From positions 7,587,000-7,626,169 of the forward strand of contig JBOZIK010000001.1 of NCBI GenBank assembly GCA_051453625.1: 39,170 nt of DNA, given 5' to 3'. A program made the position numbers and the translations under genes. The notes under the pieces were generated by a model. That model ran no database searches. It was not told the DNA's origin and saw only the letters and a program-made list of their open reading frames with translations. The stretch's first letter is position 1. Each line of letters opens with the position of its first letter. This document shows, one piece after another, positions 36,790-39,170 of this stretch. The DNA comes from Welwitschia mirabilis. Lineage: Eukaryota.

Positions 36790-39170
36790 GTAGGATGCTA
36801 TGATATGGTCAATATAGAGAAGAGATATTTGAAAGAAAAGCTACTGATAAAAAATAACATTAAAGAAGGACTAGTGAATAGAAAATAAATCAGAAAAGCA
36901 ATCTTTAAGTGCACTCAAACCTTCTTCCAAATTTATTTTTTCTAAGTCATATTTTCTTCATGAAATCCTATAAAAGTAGAAAATCAATTTACAATATCGA
37001 TTATCTCTCGTAAACAAAAATAAGTCACAGGTTCTTCTACCCCTAATGCAAACCTTATCCTAAGGGAATTATTAGCAAATAAGAAAAGATAAATTCAAAC
37101 TTCTTTTAACTTACCCCCAATAGATGATGTCAAGCTTAAAAACTTACATTCCTAGCCAACTTTTAGTGGAGAAGATGATGAGGATTCCTTTCAACTCATT
37201 AGAGACATTGAGCAACTTATCCTCACCTTGAGAAGTGGGAAGGAAAAAAATGGATAAAACATATATAGTAATCTTTTCCATGAAATTAAAAGGTAGGACA
37301 ATACTTTGGCTAAAAACTATACTCTACAAATTCTTAAAAACATGGGATCAAGTCTTGAAAACCTTTTAAAATGATTCATTAGTAAAGAAACTATGATAAA
37401 AAGAAAAAAAGAGGTAATAAACTTTCAACAAAAACCAAATGAAGATTACACCTCTACTTATGAATATTTCTTTATAGCAATCCACTCTAATCTAGTAGAT
37501 GCATTTTTAAGAGTAAAACAACTAGATCATTTTTATAGTGGATTAACTACTCATACAAAACAACTTATAGATTTTTCTTATGGTGGGAACCTTATAAACT
37601 TTACATTATATGATGCTTGATTAAACTAGAAGAGCTTGTGGAAGTTAGTTAAACTTGGTCAATACCTAAAGAAAATCAAATAGTAGGTCAACTCATGAAA
37701 GACCTAAAAGAGGTAAAACAATAAAAAGAGGTATAATTAAATTCTACAAATTCTATAAAAGATTTTACAACAACTTTAAAAAAGTATGCAGAAATGATTT
37801 GAGATGCCAAAACTATAATCGAAAGAAATGTTGTGCAAACTTGTGACTTATGTGATGATAATTATCATGTTATCAAAAACTGTCCTCTTTTTCCAACATA
37901 CAAAAAAAAAAATATGAGAATAATTTTGTACTTTCAACCAATCATCTCAAAAATTTTGAAACCAAAATCAAGCACAACCAAGGTTGAACACTCATTTTTA
38001 AAACAATTATCAATCTTTTAAAAACTGATTTTAAAATTCAAACTACCAACCAATCTCATCAAACTACCAATATCTTAATGATCTAATCACAAATCTTATC
38101 AATGAAATAAGAAGATTAAGAGAAGAAATAGAAGTCAAATTTGAGAAACAAAATGCCAACATAGAAAACATAATAAACATCCTTCAACAAAAATTGCTAG
38201 CAAACCAAAGATCTTAAGGAACTTTAGTAACATAACATTTATAAAACCTAAATGACTTAAGAAAAGATTGTAAGGTTATGACAAGAAGTGGACAGGAAAA
38301 AAACACTCCTCCATGTGAATATTCCACCTCCCAAAATAATCTTAGAAATGATGAAAAAGAAGAGGAAGAGGACATTGAGATACTAGAAGATTATAACTTC
38401 CCTTCTCTTGGCAAAAAGAAAAATAAAAATACTTTCCAACAAATCACCCCTTGGATGGATAGGCTTAACAAGAACTTAACTTTCAATGATCATTTAAAAT
38501 CCTTGATGAAAAATGTGAGTATAAACTTACCTTTTTGGAAAGTTTTACTAGAAAACCTAGGGTACTCAAAATTATGGAAAGACCTAATAAGAAGAAAACA
38601 TAAATAAGTTATTTCTCATAAAGTCTTTCTTACCCAATCCCTTATGAATTTAGTATTACAAAAATCACATAAGTTCAAAGATCTAGAAGAAGTGATGGTG
38701 AATGTTACTATAGAAGGAAATAAAAAGATTAGAAAAGCTTTAACAGNNNNNNNNNNNNNNNNNNNNNNNNNNNNNNNNNNNNNNNNNNNNNNNNNNNNNN
38801 NNNNNNNNNNNNNNNNNNNNNNNNNNNNNNNNNNNNNNNNNNNNNNNNNNNNNNNNNNNNNNNNNNNNNNNNNNNNNNNNNNNNNNNNNNNNNNNNNNNN
38901 NNNNNNNNNNNNNCCCATATATGTGATTATCATAGAAGTTAAGCATAATGGAGGATATCCTTTACTTCTAGATAGAGCCTTTTGTGCAACCACCCACTAC
39001 ATCATTGACACAAGAGTAGAAACAATGAAATGTTATTTTGGAAATAGAATGTTTACCATTAAAGTCTTTGATGTAGCTGAAAAAGATTTAAGTGGTGATA
39101 TGAATATTGAAGATAATATCAAACCCACTTTATTCTTACAACATCACCCACTTGAAGAAAGAGAGATAAA
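36790..39170 (+). mobile_element. Athila-like Ty3/gypsy gag-protease pseudogene, runs off the window
   Basis: 'FSGEDDEDSFQLI', 'TWDQV', 'INFQQKPNE', 'HFYSGL..KQLIDFSYGG', knuckle 'CDLCDDNYHVIKNC', 'MTRSG', 'INLPFWKVL..YSKLWKDLI', 'KFKDL..KALT', 'PLLLDRAFCAT'. Confidence 0.9.

Overview
AT-rich, gap-riddled eukaryotic (land-plant-type) scaffold made almost entirely of nested, decayed transposable elements. I see no intact host gene. From left to right: a Ty1/copia remnant (minus) with an inverted pair of LTR-end/tRNA-Met PBS junctions; a tRNA-Asn(GTT) pseudogene; a near-complete but stop-riddled L1-clade LINE (plus); two convergent, intron-containing rolling-circle elements whose Rep motifs are of the Helentron/Helitron2 type, apparently followed by a decayed RPA70-like OB-fold gene; a solo-LTR candidate; an Athila-type env-like ORF with its LTR; a copia RT/RNaseH fragment; and the 5' LTR, PBS and gag-protease of an Athila-like gypsy element. 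Conserved motifs are eroded mainly by C>T/G>A transitions. Most larger N-gaps are flanked by diverged direct duplications. The best novelty candidate is the Helitron2-type RepHel plus RPA70-like family. All calls come from manual motif reading and boundaries are approximate.
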